From an uncultured Gemmatimonadales bacterium (GTDB lineage: Bacteria > Gemmatimonadota > Gemmatimonadetes > Longimicrobiales > RSA9): DNA of 64,000 bases. The notes beneath the pieces were generated by a model, which did no database searches, was not told the origin of the DNA, and saw only the letters and a list, made by a program, of their open reading frames with translations. The translations under genes and the position numbers were made by a program. The DNA is taken from the NCBI GenBank assembly GCA_963708135.1, contig OY970192.1, positions 4,320,001 to 4,384,000 of the forward strand, written 5' to 3'. How positions within the stretch are numbered: the stretch's first letter is position 1; each line of letters starts with the position of its first letter. Below are positions 18,234-27,624 of the stretch, in pieces.

Positions 18234-19199
18234 ATGAGCACGGCCGACGATCCGCTTCCGCCCGATGTGACGCCCGAGCTGCCCTCCTCGGCCTGGCGCC
18301 TGATGCTGGCGGCGCTGGGGCGTCTGCCGCAGGGCCTGCTGAGCCGCGGGTTCGGGCGGCTCGCGGACCTGCCGCTCCCGGGGCGCGTCCGGCGGCCGGT
18401 GCTGGGGGCGTTCGCGCGGGCGTTCGGAATCGACGTCGCGGAAGCGGAGCACCCGCTCGAGGAGTATCCGACGCTGGGGGCGTTCTTCGTGCGCCGGCTG
18501 CGGCCGGGGCTGCGCGGGTGGCCGGAGGATCCGGCGCGCGCGGCGTCGCCGGTGGACGGGGTGGTGGGGCATGTCGGGGAGGTGGCGGACGGGAGAGCGG
18601 TGCAGGCCAAGGGCCGGCGGTACTCGGTGGCCGAGCTGCTGGACGACGCGACATCGGCGGCCCGCTTCGAGGGGGGCGTGTTCGTGACGCTCTACCTGAG
18701 CCCGCGCCACTACCACCGGATCCACGCGCCCTGGCCGGGGATGATCCCGCGGGCGCGGCACGTGCCGGGTGCGCTGCTGCCGGTGAACGCGGCGGCGGTG
18801 GCGCACGTGCCGGACCTGTTCGCGCGCAACGAGCGGCTGGTCTGCTACGTGGACGGGGCGGCGGGGCGCGCCGCGGTGGTCGCGGTGGGGGCGTACAACG
18901 TCGGGCGCATCTCGGCGGCGTTCGACGTCGCGTGGAACGCCCCGCGCGGCGGCGGTACATGGGTGACGAACCGGCCGGGCGCCGTGGCGGCGACGCACGA
19001 GTACGACCCGCCGGTCGAGGTCGGTGCGGGCGAGGAGATCATGGCGTTCCACCTGGGATCGACGGTCGTGCTGCTGTTCGAGCGCGGGCGGGTCGAGTTG
19101 GCGCCCGGCATCGTCGCCGGGGCGGAGGTGAGGGTGGGCGAGGCGATGGGAGGTCCGCCGCGGCGCGCGGGAGGGAGCCGCGCGCGGGCGGGGTCGTGA
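18234..19199 (+). CDS. psd: Phosphatidylserine decarboxylase proenzyme
   Basis: FFVRRL, SPVDG, QAKG, YLSPRHYHRIH, NER and the FHLGSTVV self-cleavage motif. Confidence 0.95.
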   Translation: MSTADDPLPPDVTPELPSSAWRLMLAALGRLPQGLLSRGFGRLADLPLPGRVRRPVLGAFARAFGIDVAEAEHPLEEYPTLGAFFVRRLRPGLRGWPEDPARAASPVDGVVGHVGEVADGRAVQAKGRRYSVAELLDDATSAARFEGGVFVTLYLSPRHYHRIHAPWPGMIPRARHVPGALLPVNAAAVAHVPDLFARNERLVCYVDGAAGRAAVVAVGAYNVGRISAAFDVAWNAPRGGGTWVTNRPGAVAATHEYDPPVEVGAGEEIMAFHLGSTVVLLFERGRVELAPGIVAGAEVRVGEAMGGPPRRAGGSRARAGS

Positions 19200-19213
19200 C
19201 GCCGGCGCCCGGG

Positions 19214-19567
19214 CTAGCGGACCTCGAGCAGCTCGACGTCGAAGACCAGCGTGGCGCCGGGCGGGATCGCGCCGCCGGCGCCGCGGCTGCCGTAGCCGAG
19301 CTCGGGCGGGATGACGAGCTTGCGGCGGCCGCCGACCTTCATGCCCGCCACGCCCTCGTCCCATCCCTTGATGACCCGACCGGCGCCGAGCGGGAAGCTG
19401 AACGGCTCGCCGCGATCGACGCTGCTGTCGAACTTGGTGCCGTCCTGCAGGTAGCCGGTGTAGTGGACGGTCACCTGCTTGCCGGCCCTGGCCTCCTCGC
19501 CGAAACCGCCCTCGACCTCGCGGTACTTCAGTCCCGACGGCATCGTCGTCATGTCTTCTTCGGCCAT
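19214..19567 (-). CDS. FKBP-type peptidyl-prolyl cis-trans isomerase
   Basis: [34 protein letters not shown] and LVFDVELL. Confidence 0.97.
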   Translation of the reverse strand: MAEEDMTTMPSGLKYREVEGGFGEEARAGKQVTVHYTGYLQDGTKFDSSVDRGEPFSFPLGAGRVIKGWDEGVAGMKVGGRRKLVIPPELGYGSRGAGGAIPPGATLVFDVELLEVR

Positions 19568-20526
19568 CCGCGCCCTCCCTCGTCCTCGTCGTCGTAGATG
19601 TGAACGGTGATCCGGCCGTCCGGGCCCGTCCAGCCGCGGTACATGCCCGGTGTGTTGAACGGCGCGGCGAAGCTGCCGTCGCGTCCGAGCGCGATCACCC
19701 CACCCTCGCCTCCGCGCTCCACCAGCACCCGCCCGACCACGTGCTCCGCCGCCTCGCGCACGCTCTGCCCCAGGTAGCGGACCCGAGCACAGATGTCGTA
19801 GGCGACGACGCCCCGCATGAAATCCTCGCCCGTCCCCGTGGCGGACACGGCGCAGCCCTCGTTGCTCGCGTAGGTGCCCGCACCAATGATCGGGGAATCC
19901 CCGATCCGGCCGGGATGCTTGTTGGTAAGGCCGCCCGTGGAGGTGCCCGCCGCGAGGTCGCCATGCACGTCGAGCGCCACCGCGCCCACAGTGCCGTGCC
20001 GCTCGTCGGGCCGGCCGAGCCTGGCCACCGGCAGCCCGGCCTCCTCCGCCGCGCGCGCCCTGCGCATCGACTCCCAGCGGCGCTCCGTGAAGAAGTAGCT
20101 CTGCGGCACCAGCTCCATTCCCTGCTCGCGCGCGAACGCCTCCGCGCCCTCGCCGCCAAGCAGCACGTGGCTCGAGCGCTCCATCACCAGCCGCGCCAGG
20201 TCGATCGGGTTGCGGATGTGCGTCACGGCGGCCACGGCGCCGGCGCGCAGGGTACGCCCCTCCATGATCGCGGCGTCCATCTCGTTGGTGCCCGCGCTCG
20301 TGAAGGCGGCGCCCCGCCCCGCGTTGAAGAGGGGCGAGTCCTCCAGGACGTTCACCGCCGCGTTGACGGCATCCACGCTGGTATCCTCGGCCGCGAGGAC
20401 GGCGTGACCCGCCCGCAGCGACTCCGCCAACGTGGAGCGGTACGCCGCCTCCAGGCGCGGCGTCATCTCGGAGCGCGGGATGGTCCCGGCTCCGCCGTGC
20501 ACGACCAGCAGGAAGCGCGGCTCCAC
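19549..20526 (-). CDS. iaaA: Isoaspartyl peptidase / L-asparaginase (Ntn hydrolase)
   Basis: [24 protein letters not shown] autocleavage site, TSTGG, GRIGDSP and SATGTGE. Confidence 0.95.
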   Translation of the reverse strand: MEPRFLLVVHGGAGTIPRSEMTPRLEAAYRSTLAESLRAGHAVLAAEDTSVDAVNAAVNVLEDSPLFNAGRGAAFTSAGTNEMDAAIMEGRTLRAGAVAAVTHIRNPIDLARLVMERSSHVLLGGEGAEAFAREQGMELVPQSYFFTERRWESMRRARAAEEAGLPVARLGRPDERHGTVGAVALDVHGDLAAGTSTGGLTNKHPGRIGDSPIIGAGTYASNEGCAVSATGTGEDFMRGVVAYDICARVRYLGQSVREAAEHVVGRVLVERGGEGGVIALGRDGSFAAPFNTPGMYRGWTGPDGRITVHIYDDEDEGGRGWPKKT

Positions 20527-20608
20527 CGGACCTCCTCGTTGCGGTGCGGCCGAGCGGAGAATGTCGGCCGCGTCGCGGGCCCGTGCAAGCTCCGGCGGCG
20601 TCGTGACG

Positions 20609-21082
20609 CTAATTGATCTCGGAGACCTGGAAGAAGAAGATCACTGTCGAGTTGGGCGGCACGTGGATGCCGTAGCCCGTCTGCCCGAAGGCGAGGGCGG
20701 GGGGAATGACGAGCACGCGAGAGCCGCCGGCCTTCATGCCCTGGAGCCCGTCGATCCACCCCTGCAGCGCGTTGTCGCTGTCGAGCGTGACCGGCTGGAG
20801 CGTGCCCTGCGCGAACTGGTACCCGTCCGGCGTGTAGCCGGAGTAGGTCGCCACGATGAGGTCGCCGGCCTGGACGAGCCGGTCGCCGCTCCCCGCCTCC
20901 AGGTCCTGCCAGTAGACGCCCGAGGCGGTCTGGTGCATCGACGCGAGGTCGATCCCCAGCGCCGCGTTGTAGTCGATCTTCGTCGGGTCCGACCAGTCCT
21001 CCGTCGGGCCCGTGACGCTGTAGCTGTAGCTGCTGCACGCCGTGGCGGCGAGGACGACGAGCGGAAGGAGGACGCGTCTCAT
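20609..21082 (-). CDS. Lipoprotein FKBP-type PPIase
   Basis: Lipobox LAATAC; GWIDGLQGMKAGGSRVLVIPPALAFG and VPPNSTVIF; start set at ATG 21082. Confidence 0.85.
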   Translation of the reverse strand: MRRVLLPLVVLAATACSSYSYSVTGPTEDWSDPTKIDYNAALGIDLASMHQTASGVYWQDLEAGSGDRLVQAGDLIVATYSGYTPDGYQFAQGTLQPVTLDSDNALQGWIDGLQGMKAGGSRVLVIPPALAFGQTGYGIHVPPNSTVIFFFQVSEIN

Positions 21083-21161
21083 GGGAGGCTCCGGAGTAAC
21101 GGGTGAACGCTGAAAGCTCGCCCGCCGGCGCGAAGGAATCAAGTGCGCGCGCGGCGCGGCG

Positions 21162-22469
21162 TCAGAAGAACACGCTCAGGGATACGTAGCCTGAGGCGGG
21201 CACGACGCCGAACTCGGAGCCGAGCCGGGCGGCCAGTGGCCGGACCGTGCCGTTGCCGATGCCGAGGAAGGCACCCGCCCGGAGCGAGGCCTCGTTGGAG
21301 AGCGACACCGTCGCCGCCGGCGCCACGAGGACGCTGCCGTCCCGCAGGTCCGCGAGCGCGAGCGCCTCGAGCGAGACGAGCGGGTGCGCCTGCCAGCTCG
21401 CCTGGAGCGCAGCCACGTCGCGCCCCAGCACCTGGAGCTCGCCACGGCGGTACGGCGCGGACCCCAGCACGCCGCCGAGGTCGTCCGCGCCCGCGGCGCC
21501 GAAGCCGTCGTGCTGGAGCTCGGCGACCAGGTAGAGGTCCCGCTCGGCCACCGTGAAGCGACGGTCCACCCCCACGGTGCCGCGCAGCGCCGCCCCGCCC
21601 GCCCGCCCCGCCACCCCGTCGGCCGAGCGGACGGACGCCTCCGCCCGCAGCGCCCAGCCGCCCAGCGAGCCGGACGCGCCCGCGGCCGCCGCCGCCCGGT
21701 CGTGCAGCACGCCGCCCCACGCGGAGAGCTCCCACGAGGCCACCGTGCTCCGAACCCGCGCGAGCGCGGTGAGGTCCGTCCCGAGCGGCGTGCGGGCGGG
21801 GCGCACCACGGCGTCGAGCTCGCTCAGCGGGCCCGGGAACACCTGCAGCCGCGCCGCGTCCACGCCGGGCCGGTACTCGCGGAAGGGGTCCGACGGGTCG
21901 AAGGGCGCGAACGGATCGGCCGGCGTGAGCAGCAGCGTGGTGGCCCAGGAGATCGCCTGCCGCCCCACCTCGAGCCGCGCGCGCGCGCCGAGCGGCGCCG
22001 AGAGGCTCAGCCGGTCTACCCGGTGCCGCCAGCGCGTGTGGCCGTTCTCCGCCAGCATGCCCTGCAGCGCGAGCCAGTCCGTGCCCGCCGCCTCCACGCC
22101 CGGCGTGAGGAGCCCCGGCGTCCCGCCCCTCTCCGACCACGCGAGCGTCTGCTCGTAGGCGGCGTCCAGCCGCGCCGGCCCCAGCCGCGGCGAGGCCATG
22201 AGCCGCAGCCGCAGGAACTCGCCCGCCCCGCCCTCCGTCAGCGGCGTCCGTGCCGTCGCCGACGCAATGTCGAGCGCGTAGCCCGAGATCCGCTGCGCCC
22301 CAGCCGCCCCGCCCGACAGCGCCAATGCCAGGAGTGCCGCCCCCACGCCGCTCGCGAGAGCGCGTGCGCTCGCGCGCCCGGCCGTTCCCCGCCGCCCGTC
22401 CCGCGGCCGCCGCCGGCGAGCCCGCGCACCCCGGCGTCCCGCCGTCCCCGCGTCGCCTGCGGGATGCAT
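21162..22469 (-). CDS. Putative outer-membrane beta-barrel protein associated with the ABC operon
   Basis: RVDRL, VGRQAISW, DPFAPF and EYRPGVDA; alternating beta pattern; C-terminal Phe. Confidence 0.65.
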   Translation of the reverse strand: MHPAGDAGTAGRRGARARRRRPRDGRRGTAGRASARALASGVGAALLALALSGGAAGAQRISGYALDIASATARTPLTEGGAGEFLRLRLMASPRLGPARLDAAYEQTLAWSERGGTPGLLTPGVEAAGTDWLALQGMLAENGHTRWRHRVDRLSLSAPLGARARLEVGRQAISWATTLLLTPADPFAPFDPSDPFREYRPGVDAARLQVFPGPLSELDAVVRPARTPLGTDLTALARVRSTVASWELSAWGGVLHDRAAAAAGASGSLGGWALRAEASVRSADGVAGRAGGAALRGTVGVDRRFTVAERDLYLVAELQHDGFGAAGADDLGGVLGSAPYRRGELQVLGRDVAALQASWQAHPLVSLEALALADLRDGSVLVAPAATVSLSNEASLRAGAFLGIGNGTVRPLAARLGSEFGVVPASGYVSLSVFF

Positions 22470-22475
22470 GGTGGC

Positions 22476-23231
22476 TCACTCTTCCGGGAACGGCGTGTCG
22501 TGGGCCGTGGAGCCGGCCGTTGCCGGCGGGGCGCGGCGCTCGTCGTCGGCGATCTGGCCGTCCACGAGCTGGATGAGCCGGTGCGCGCGCTCCATCACGT
22601 GCGGGTCGTGCGTCGAGAACAGGAAGGTCGTGCCGTGCTGGTGGTTGAGCCGCTCCATCACATCGAGCAGCGCGGCGCTGGTGTGGGAGTCCAGGTTGGC
22701 GGTCGGCTCGTCCGCCAGCACGATCGCCGGATCGCCGACCACGGCGCGGGCCACCGCCACCCGCTGCTGCTGGCCGCCCGAGAGCTTGCCGGGGCGCCGG
22801 TCCTCGAGCCCCTCGAGGCCGATCTCGCGGAACAGCGCCTCCACGCGCCGGCGCCGCTCGGCCGCCGGGACGCCGCGCAGCAGGAGCGTGAACTCCGCGT
22901 TCTCGAGCGCCGTGAGCACGGGGAGCAGGTTGTACGCCTGGAAGACGAAGCCGATTCTCTCGAGGCGCAGCCGCGCGAGCGCGGACTCGGACAGCTCCGT
23001 TAGCTCTTCGCCCGCCACCTGGACGCGTCCTTCGGTGGGACGCGTGAGCCCACCCAGCAGGTTCAGCAGCGTGGTCTTACCCGAGCCGGACGGGCCCGCC
23101 ATGGCCACGAAGTCGCCCCGCTCGATGGCGAAGCTCACACCCCGCACCGCCTGCACCGGCGCGGGCTCCTGCGGGTAGGTCTTCCACAGGTCCTCGACGC
23201 GGATCGCCGCGTCCGTCACGGGCTCGCTCAT
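22476..23231 (-). CDS. ABC transporter ATP-binding protein (LolD/MacB-like)
   Basis: GPSGSGKT, IGFVFQAYNL, LSGGQQQRVA, LADEPTANLD and STHD; start ATG 23231. Confidence 0.95.
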   Translation of the reverse strand: MSEPVTDAAIRVEDLWKTYPQEPAPVQAVRGVSFAIERGDFVAMAGPSGSGKTTLLNLLGGLTRPTEGRVQVAGEELTELSESALARLRLERIGFVFQAYNLLPVLTALENAEFTLLLRGVPAAERRRRVEALFREIGLEGLEDRRPGKLSGGQQQRVAVARAVVGDPAIVLADEPTANLDSHTSAALLDVMERLNHQHGTTFLFSTHDPHVMERAHRLIQLVDGQIADDERRAPPATAGSTAHDTPFPEE

Positions 23232-24514
23232 CGGTCGAATTTCATCGCCTCGGCGACGTCGATGCGCATCGCCTGCCAGGCCGGGTAGAGGGAAGCCAGC
23301 ACGCCGATCACGGCCACGAACGCCAGGCTCTGCACGACCTGGATCGGCCGGAAGATAGGCACCAGCACGGGGTCCACGATGGCGCCGGAGACGGTGATGT
23401 CCTGGCTCCACAGCGCCGACAGGTCCAGGCCGTGGCGGAAGAAGCCGAACGTCACGCCCAGCCCGAGCAGGATGCCGAGCACCCCGCTCGCGACCGTGAG
23501 CAGCAGCCCCTCCGTGAAGACGACGCCGCCCGTCTGCCGCCGCGTCAGCCCCAGCGCGCGCAACACGCCGAACTCCCGCGTGCGGTTGAGCACCGACATG
23601 AGGATCGAGTTCAGGATCGCCATCGCCACGATCCCGAGCAGCACGACGTGGAAGACGTAGTCGCCGAAGTCGTCAATGCGGATGGCGGCGTCCAGGTCGG
23701 GCGAGGCCTGCCGCCAGGACAGCACCCGCACGCCCGCCAGCGCCGCGGCCCGCAGCGCGGAGACCACCCCGTCCGTCTCGAACACCGAGTGCAGCAGCAC
23801 CGCCACCGTGGTGGCCCCGCCCCGCGCGCCCAGCCACGAGCGCGCCGTCTCCAGCGGGATCTGCACGAGCCCCTCGTCCATCTCCGGTATGCCGCTCCGG
23901 AAGATACCGACCACCCGCACGAGCTGCCCCTCGATCTGCCCCCCGGCCGCCTGCGCCGTCAGCACCAGCCGCGAGCCGACCTCGAGGTCGAGCCGCTCCG
24001 CCAGCCTCTGGCCGATGTAGACCGCCAGCCGGTCCTCCGGCTCCAGGTAGCGCCCCGCCACCTTCCTGGCGTCCAGCTCGGAGAAGGCCGCCTCCGCCGC
24101 CGGATCCACCCCCTGCACCTGCACCGCCACCGCCCCGCCCGGCGCGCTGGCCAGCCCGCTCACCGAGAGGCGGGGCGCCACCGCCGCCACCCTCCGCGCC
24201 ACGGCGGGCGCGGCCAGGGCGCGCCGGGCGCCCGCCAGCTGCGCCGGCGAGAGGCGGTCCGAGAGCGCGGCGCTCTTCAGGTAGCCCGGCGCCTGGAGCG
24301 CCACCTCCCCCGCCGCCAGCCGGACGCCCGACTCGATCCACTTCTCGTGCGCGCCGTCCGCGATGGCGCGCGACATCATGAGCAGCCCGAGCCCCAGCAC
24401 CATGGCCGCCATGGTCAGCACGCTGCGCCGCGCCTGCCGCAGCACGTTGCGCCCCGACAGCCGGAAGAGCAGCCCCAGCCGCAGCAGCGCCCGCCCGCGC
24501 CCGCGCCGGCTCAT
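23228..24514 (-). CDS. ABC transporter permease, FtsX/MacB (LolC/E-like) family
   Basis: RNVLRQARRSVLT and MSVLNRTREFGVLRALG; start ATG 24514 overlaps the upstream stop. Confidence 0.9.
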   Translation of the reverse strand: MSRRGRGRALLRLGLLFRLSGRNVLRQARRSVLTMAAMVLGLGLLMMSRAIADGAHEKWIESGVRLAAGEVALQAPGYLKSAALSDRLSPAQLAGARRALAAPAVARRVAAVAPRLSVSGLASAPGGAVAVQVQGVDPAAEAAFSELDARKVAGRYLEPEDRLAVYIGQRLAERLDLEVGSRLVLTAQAAGGQIEGQLVRVVGIFRSGIPEMDEGLVQIPLETARSWLGARGGATTVAVLLHSVFETDGVVSALRAAALAGVRVLSWRQASPDLDAAIRIDDFGDYVFHVVLLGIVAMAILNSILMSVLNRTREFGVLRALGLTRRQTGGVVFTEGLLLTVASGVLGILLGLGVTFGFFRHGLDLSALWSQDITVSGAIVDPVLVPIFRPIQVVQSLAFVAVIGVLASLYPAWQAMRIDVAEAMKFDR

Positions 24515-25839
24515 CGCCCCGCCAGCGCGTCCGCCGGCGGCACGCGCGTCGCGCGGTACGCCGGGTAGAGGGCGGCGAGGAGCGCCGTGATGAGCAGCGC
24601 CCCGGCCGAGACGAGCGGCGCCTCCACCGAGTACTCCACCCGCAGCACGGGGCGGATCAGCGCGCCCGCCATCGTGAAGCCGCCGACCACGGCGCTGAAG
24701 TCCGGCGGCGAATGGTGGAACCAGACGAGCAGCGGCGCGACGAGCACCGCACCCCCCGCCAGCGAGAGCAGCCCCAGGATGAGGCCCTCGTACAGCACGG
24801 TCCGCGACACGCCGGAGCCCGTCGTGCCCAGCGCCCGCACCACCGCGAACTCGCGCCGCCGCTCGAACGTGCCCATGAGCATCGTGTTCGCCACGCCGAA
24901 GATGGCCATGATGAAGACGATGCCGACGATCAGGATGTTGCTGGAGTCGGCCAGGCGGGCATACTCCGAGAGCTCGGGGCGGAACGTGGGCCACGCGTCG
25001 ACCTCCAGGCTCCTCGCCGGATCGGCGGCCGCGGACGGCGCCGCCGAGGCCGCGGCGTGCGCCACCGCCCCCGGCCGCGCCGTCCAGCCGGAGCGGCCGA
25101 GCAGCGCCGCCAGCGAGTCCGCCACCGCCGGCGCCTGCCACGGCTCCGGCACGGCCGCCGCGATCTCGTGCACCCGCCCGGGATCCAGTGCCAGCAGCCG
25201 CTGCAGCACGCCGATCGGCAGGATGGCGTAGGCGCCGTCCACGCCGACCATCCCCGTGTGGTAGATCCCCGCCACCCGGAACAGGTCGTTGCCCATGGAG
25301 CCGTCGGCCGCCGGCGCCACGAGCACCACCTCGTCGCCTGCGGAGACATGGAGCTTGCGCGCCATCTCGTCGCCGATGGCGATCTCGCTCCGACCCGACC
25401 GGGGCGCCGCGCCGCGCACGATCGTGGAAAGCAGCCGCGAGACCCGCGGCTCGAGCGACGGATCCACCCCGACCAGCGCCGCCGCCACCGTCTGCTCCCC
25501 CGCGCTCACCAGCCCACCGCCGTAGACGCGCGGCGCGGCCGAGCGCACCCCCGGCTCCGCCGCCACCGCCCGCACCAGCGCGGAGACGTCCGTGCCGGCC
25601 TCTCCCCCCAGCGTGGCGTAGAGCCCGCGCTCCGGCTTCCAGTCGCCTTCGTGGACCTGCACCTGCCCCGCCAGCAGGCTCGTCCCGTTCTCGACCATCT
25701 CCACCGTCGTGCCATCGGAGATGCCCACCATCAGCACCGACGCCACGTAGCCGAACGCCAGCGCGGCCGCCGTGATCAGCGTCCGCTTGCGGTTCCGCCA
25801 CAGGTTCCGCCAGGCCAGACGCCACCACACTCGCCTCAC
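24511..25839 (-). CDS. ABC transporter permease, FtsX/MacB (LolC/E-like) family
   Basis: LAWRNLWRNRKRTLIT, FERRREFAVVRALG and YPAYRA. Confidence 0.9.
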   Translation of the reverse strand: MRRVWWRLAWRNLWRNRKRTLITAAALAFGYVASVLMVGISDGTTVEMVENGTSLLAGQVQVHEGDWKPERGLYATLGGEAGTDVSALVRAVAAEPGVRSAAPRVYGGGLVSAGEQTVAAALVGVDPSLEPRVSRLLSTIVRGAAPRSGRSEIAIGDEMARKLHVSAGDEVVLVAPAADGSMGNDLFRVAGIYHTGMVGVDGAYAILPIGVLQRLLALDPGRVHEIAAAVPEPWQAPAVADSLAALLGRSGWTARPGAVAHAAASAAPSAAADPARSLEVDAWPTFRPELSEYARLADSSNILIVGIVFIMAIFGVANTMLMGTFERRREFAVVRALGTTGSGVSRTVLYEGLILGLLSLAGGAVLVAPLLVWFHHSPPDFSAVVGGFTMAGALIRPVLRVEYSVEAPLVSAGALLITALLAALYPAYRATRVPPADALAGR

Positions 25840-25843
25840 CGCC

Positions 25844-26644
25844 TCAGCCCCGCGCGCGCAGGTTCCGGAGCGAGAAGAAGTCCGGCGCCAGCTTGACCCC
25901 GAACTCCAGCGACTTGTAGCGTAGCACCGTACGCTCCGCCGGCTTGTCCGCGGGCTGGATCGTCATCGTCGCCGGCACCAGCCGCCCGCCCATCCGTGTG
26001 AAGTCGCTGAACGTGATCGTCCGCACCAGGGTGCCCCGGTCGTCGTAGTAGCGCGCCCACTGCGGCATGAGGTCCGCCTTGCGGACCCGCTCCACGATCT
26101 TCCCCCACACCACCGCCGCCTCCGGCTTGGGCGTCAGCACCAGCTCCCACGCCTCCGCGTCCCCGCCCGGACCGAACGCAATATCGTAATCCTCGATCAC
26201 CCGGCTCTCCTTCACCAGGTCGTCGTTCGTGAAGTGCGAGCCCATCCACGACCCCATCATCAGCGACGGCGGCACCTTGATCGTCCGGTCCACCCGCGGC
26301 AGATAGTTCCACACCTCGTCCTTGGACTTCAGCGTCGCCGTTCCCGCCTCCTTCGCCGGCGCCACCACCCGCACCAGCGCGTACTGCGTCCCCAGCGACC
26401 ACACCCGCATCTCCAGCGAGCGCGACCAGTGCGCCGTCACGATGTCCATCACCATGTCGCCCCGGCTCGACTCCCCCCGCAGCAGCCGGTCTACCCGGTC
26501 CGCCAGCTCCTTCGCCGTCTGCGCCCGTGCGGGCACCGCCAGCAGCACCATTCCCAGCCAGGCGACGACGATGCCCGCCCGCCACCGCGCCCCGCCGACG
26601 CTCGCCGCCCGCCACCTTGCCGTCCCCGATTCGTCCATCTCCAT
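25844..26644 (-). CDS. Outer membrane lipoprotein-sorting (LolA-like) protein
   Basis: Signal peptide ending ARA-Q; APAKEAG, WNYLPRVDRTIK, SWMGSHFTNDD and FFSLRNL; start approximate. Confidence 0.85.
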   Translation of the reverse strand: MEMDESGTARWRAASVGGARWRAGIVVAWLGMVLLAVPARAQTAKELADRVDRLLRGESSRGDMVMDIVTAHWSRSLEMRVWSLGTQYALVRVVAPAKEAGTATLKSKDEVWNYLPRVDRTIKVPPSLMMGSWMGSHFTNDDLVKESRVIEDYDIAFGPGGDAEAWELVLTPKPEAAVVWGKIVERVRKADLMPQWARYYDDRGTLVRTITFSDFTRMGGRLVPATMTIQPADKPAERTVLRYKSLEFGVKLAPDFFSLRNLRARG

Positions 26645-26687
26645 CCGTCCCTTTCTCGCCGCGCGCCCCCGCACCCCCCAGCCCCTC

Positions 26688-27308
26688 TCACACCCCCAGC
26701 ATCCTCCGGAACAGCCCCATCTCCCCCTGGATCATCCGCTCCCGGTCCGCCGGCGAGAGATGCTCCCAGTGCTCCAGCAGCCACCGGTCCGCCGCCTCCC
26801 CCAGCGCCAGCGTCATCTCGACCAGGAACACCCGCGGCAGGTCCGTCCGCACCACCCCCAGCTCCTGGCCGCGCGCGATCGTGTCCTCCGTCCACCGCCG
26901 CACCAGCCCCCAGACACGCACCGTCGCACCCCCGCCCCGCGACTCCAGCCGCAGCCGGTAGAACGAGCGCGCCAGCTTCACGTACCACGCGTTGCTGTCC
27001 AGGTACTCCGCAGACCGCCGCACCAGCCGGTCCAGTGTCGGCCAGAACGTCTCCGCCGTCAGCGACCCCAGCGTGAACCCGCCCACCAGCCCCAGCATCC
27101 GCGCCGTCGCCCGCTCCACCACCGTCGAGAACAGGTCCGTCTTGTCCTCGAAGTAGTAATACAGCGACCCCTTGCTCTCCCCCGCCCGCTCCACGATCCG
27201 GTTCAGCGACGCGCTCTCGTAGCCGCGCGCCGCGAACTCCTCGGCCGCCGCCCCCAGGATCCGCTCCTGCCGCTCCTCCTCCAGCCTGTCGAATCGGTTT
27301 CCCGCCAT
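26688..27308 (-). CDS. TetR/AcrR family transcriptional regulator
   Basis: ILGAAAEEFAARGYESASLNRI...SKGSLYYYFEDKTDLF HTH. Confidence 0.95.
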   Translation of the reverse strand: MAGNRFDRLEEERQERILGAAAEEFAARGYESASLNRIVERAGESKGSLYYYFEDKTDLFSTVVERATARMLGLVGGFTLGSLTAETFWPTLDRLVRRSAEYLDSNAWYVKLARSFYRLRLESRGGGATVRVWGLVRRWTEDTIARGQELGVVRTDLPRVFLVEMTLALGEAADRWLLEHWEHLSPADRERMIQGEMGLFRRMLGV

Positions 27309-27335
27309 CGTCGCTTCTCACCCTCGTTCAGTCGG

Positions 27336-27353
27336 TTGGACCGCTCGGTCCAA
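27336..27353. promoter_or_regulatory. Putative TetR operator, perfect palindrome TTGGACCG-CT-CGGTCCAA
   Basis: 8-2-8 inverted repeat 27 bp upstream of the tetR start; weaker copy TGGACAG-GA-CGGTTGG near 27363-27378. Confidence 0.75.
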
Positions 27354-27624
27354 ACACAAGGATGGACAGGACGGTTGGCTGCGGCAAGGGTAGCGCGGGT
27401 TGTCGAGCTCCCTCCGCGTCGGGCGACCTCTTCGCGCGAGGACGCTTCGTCGTCGGATGCCTTCTAGAGAGAGGTGCGCCGGCAGCCTCGGGAACGCGCG
27501 CCTCTGCCGAGAGAGAGGCACACCGGCACCTGCCGGGCGCCGAGCGCGCTTTCGCCCGCCTGCGGGGGGGCCTATCTTCCGGAACCTCGCCGCCTCGGCG
27601 CCCGTGAATCCCGGAAGAGATCCG

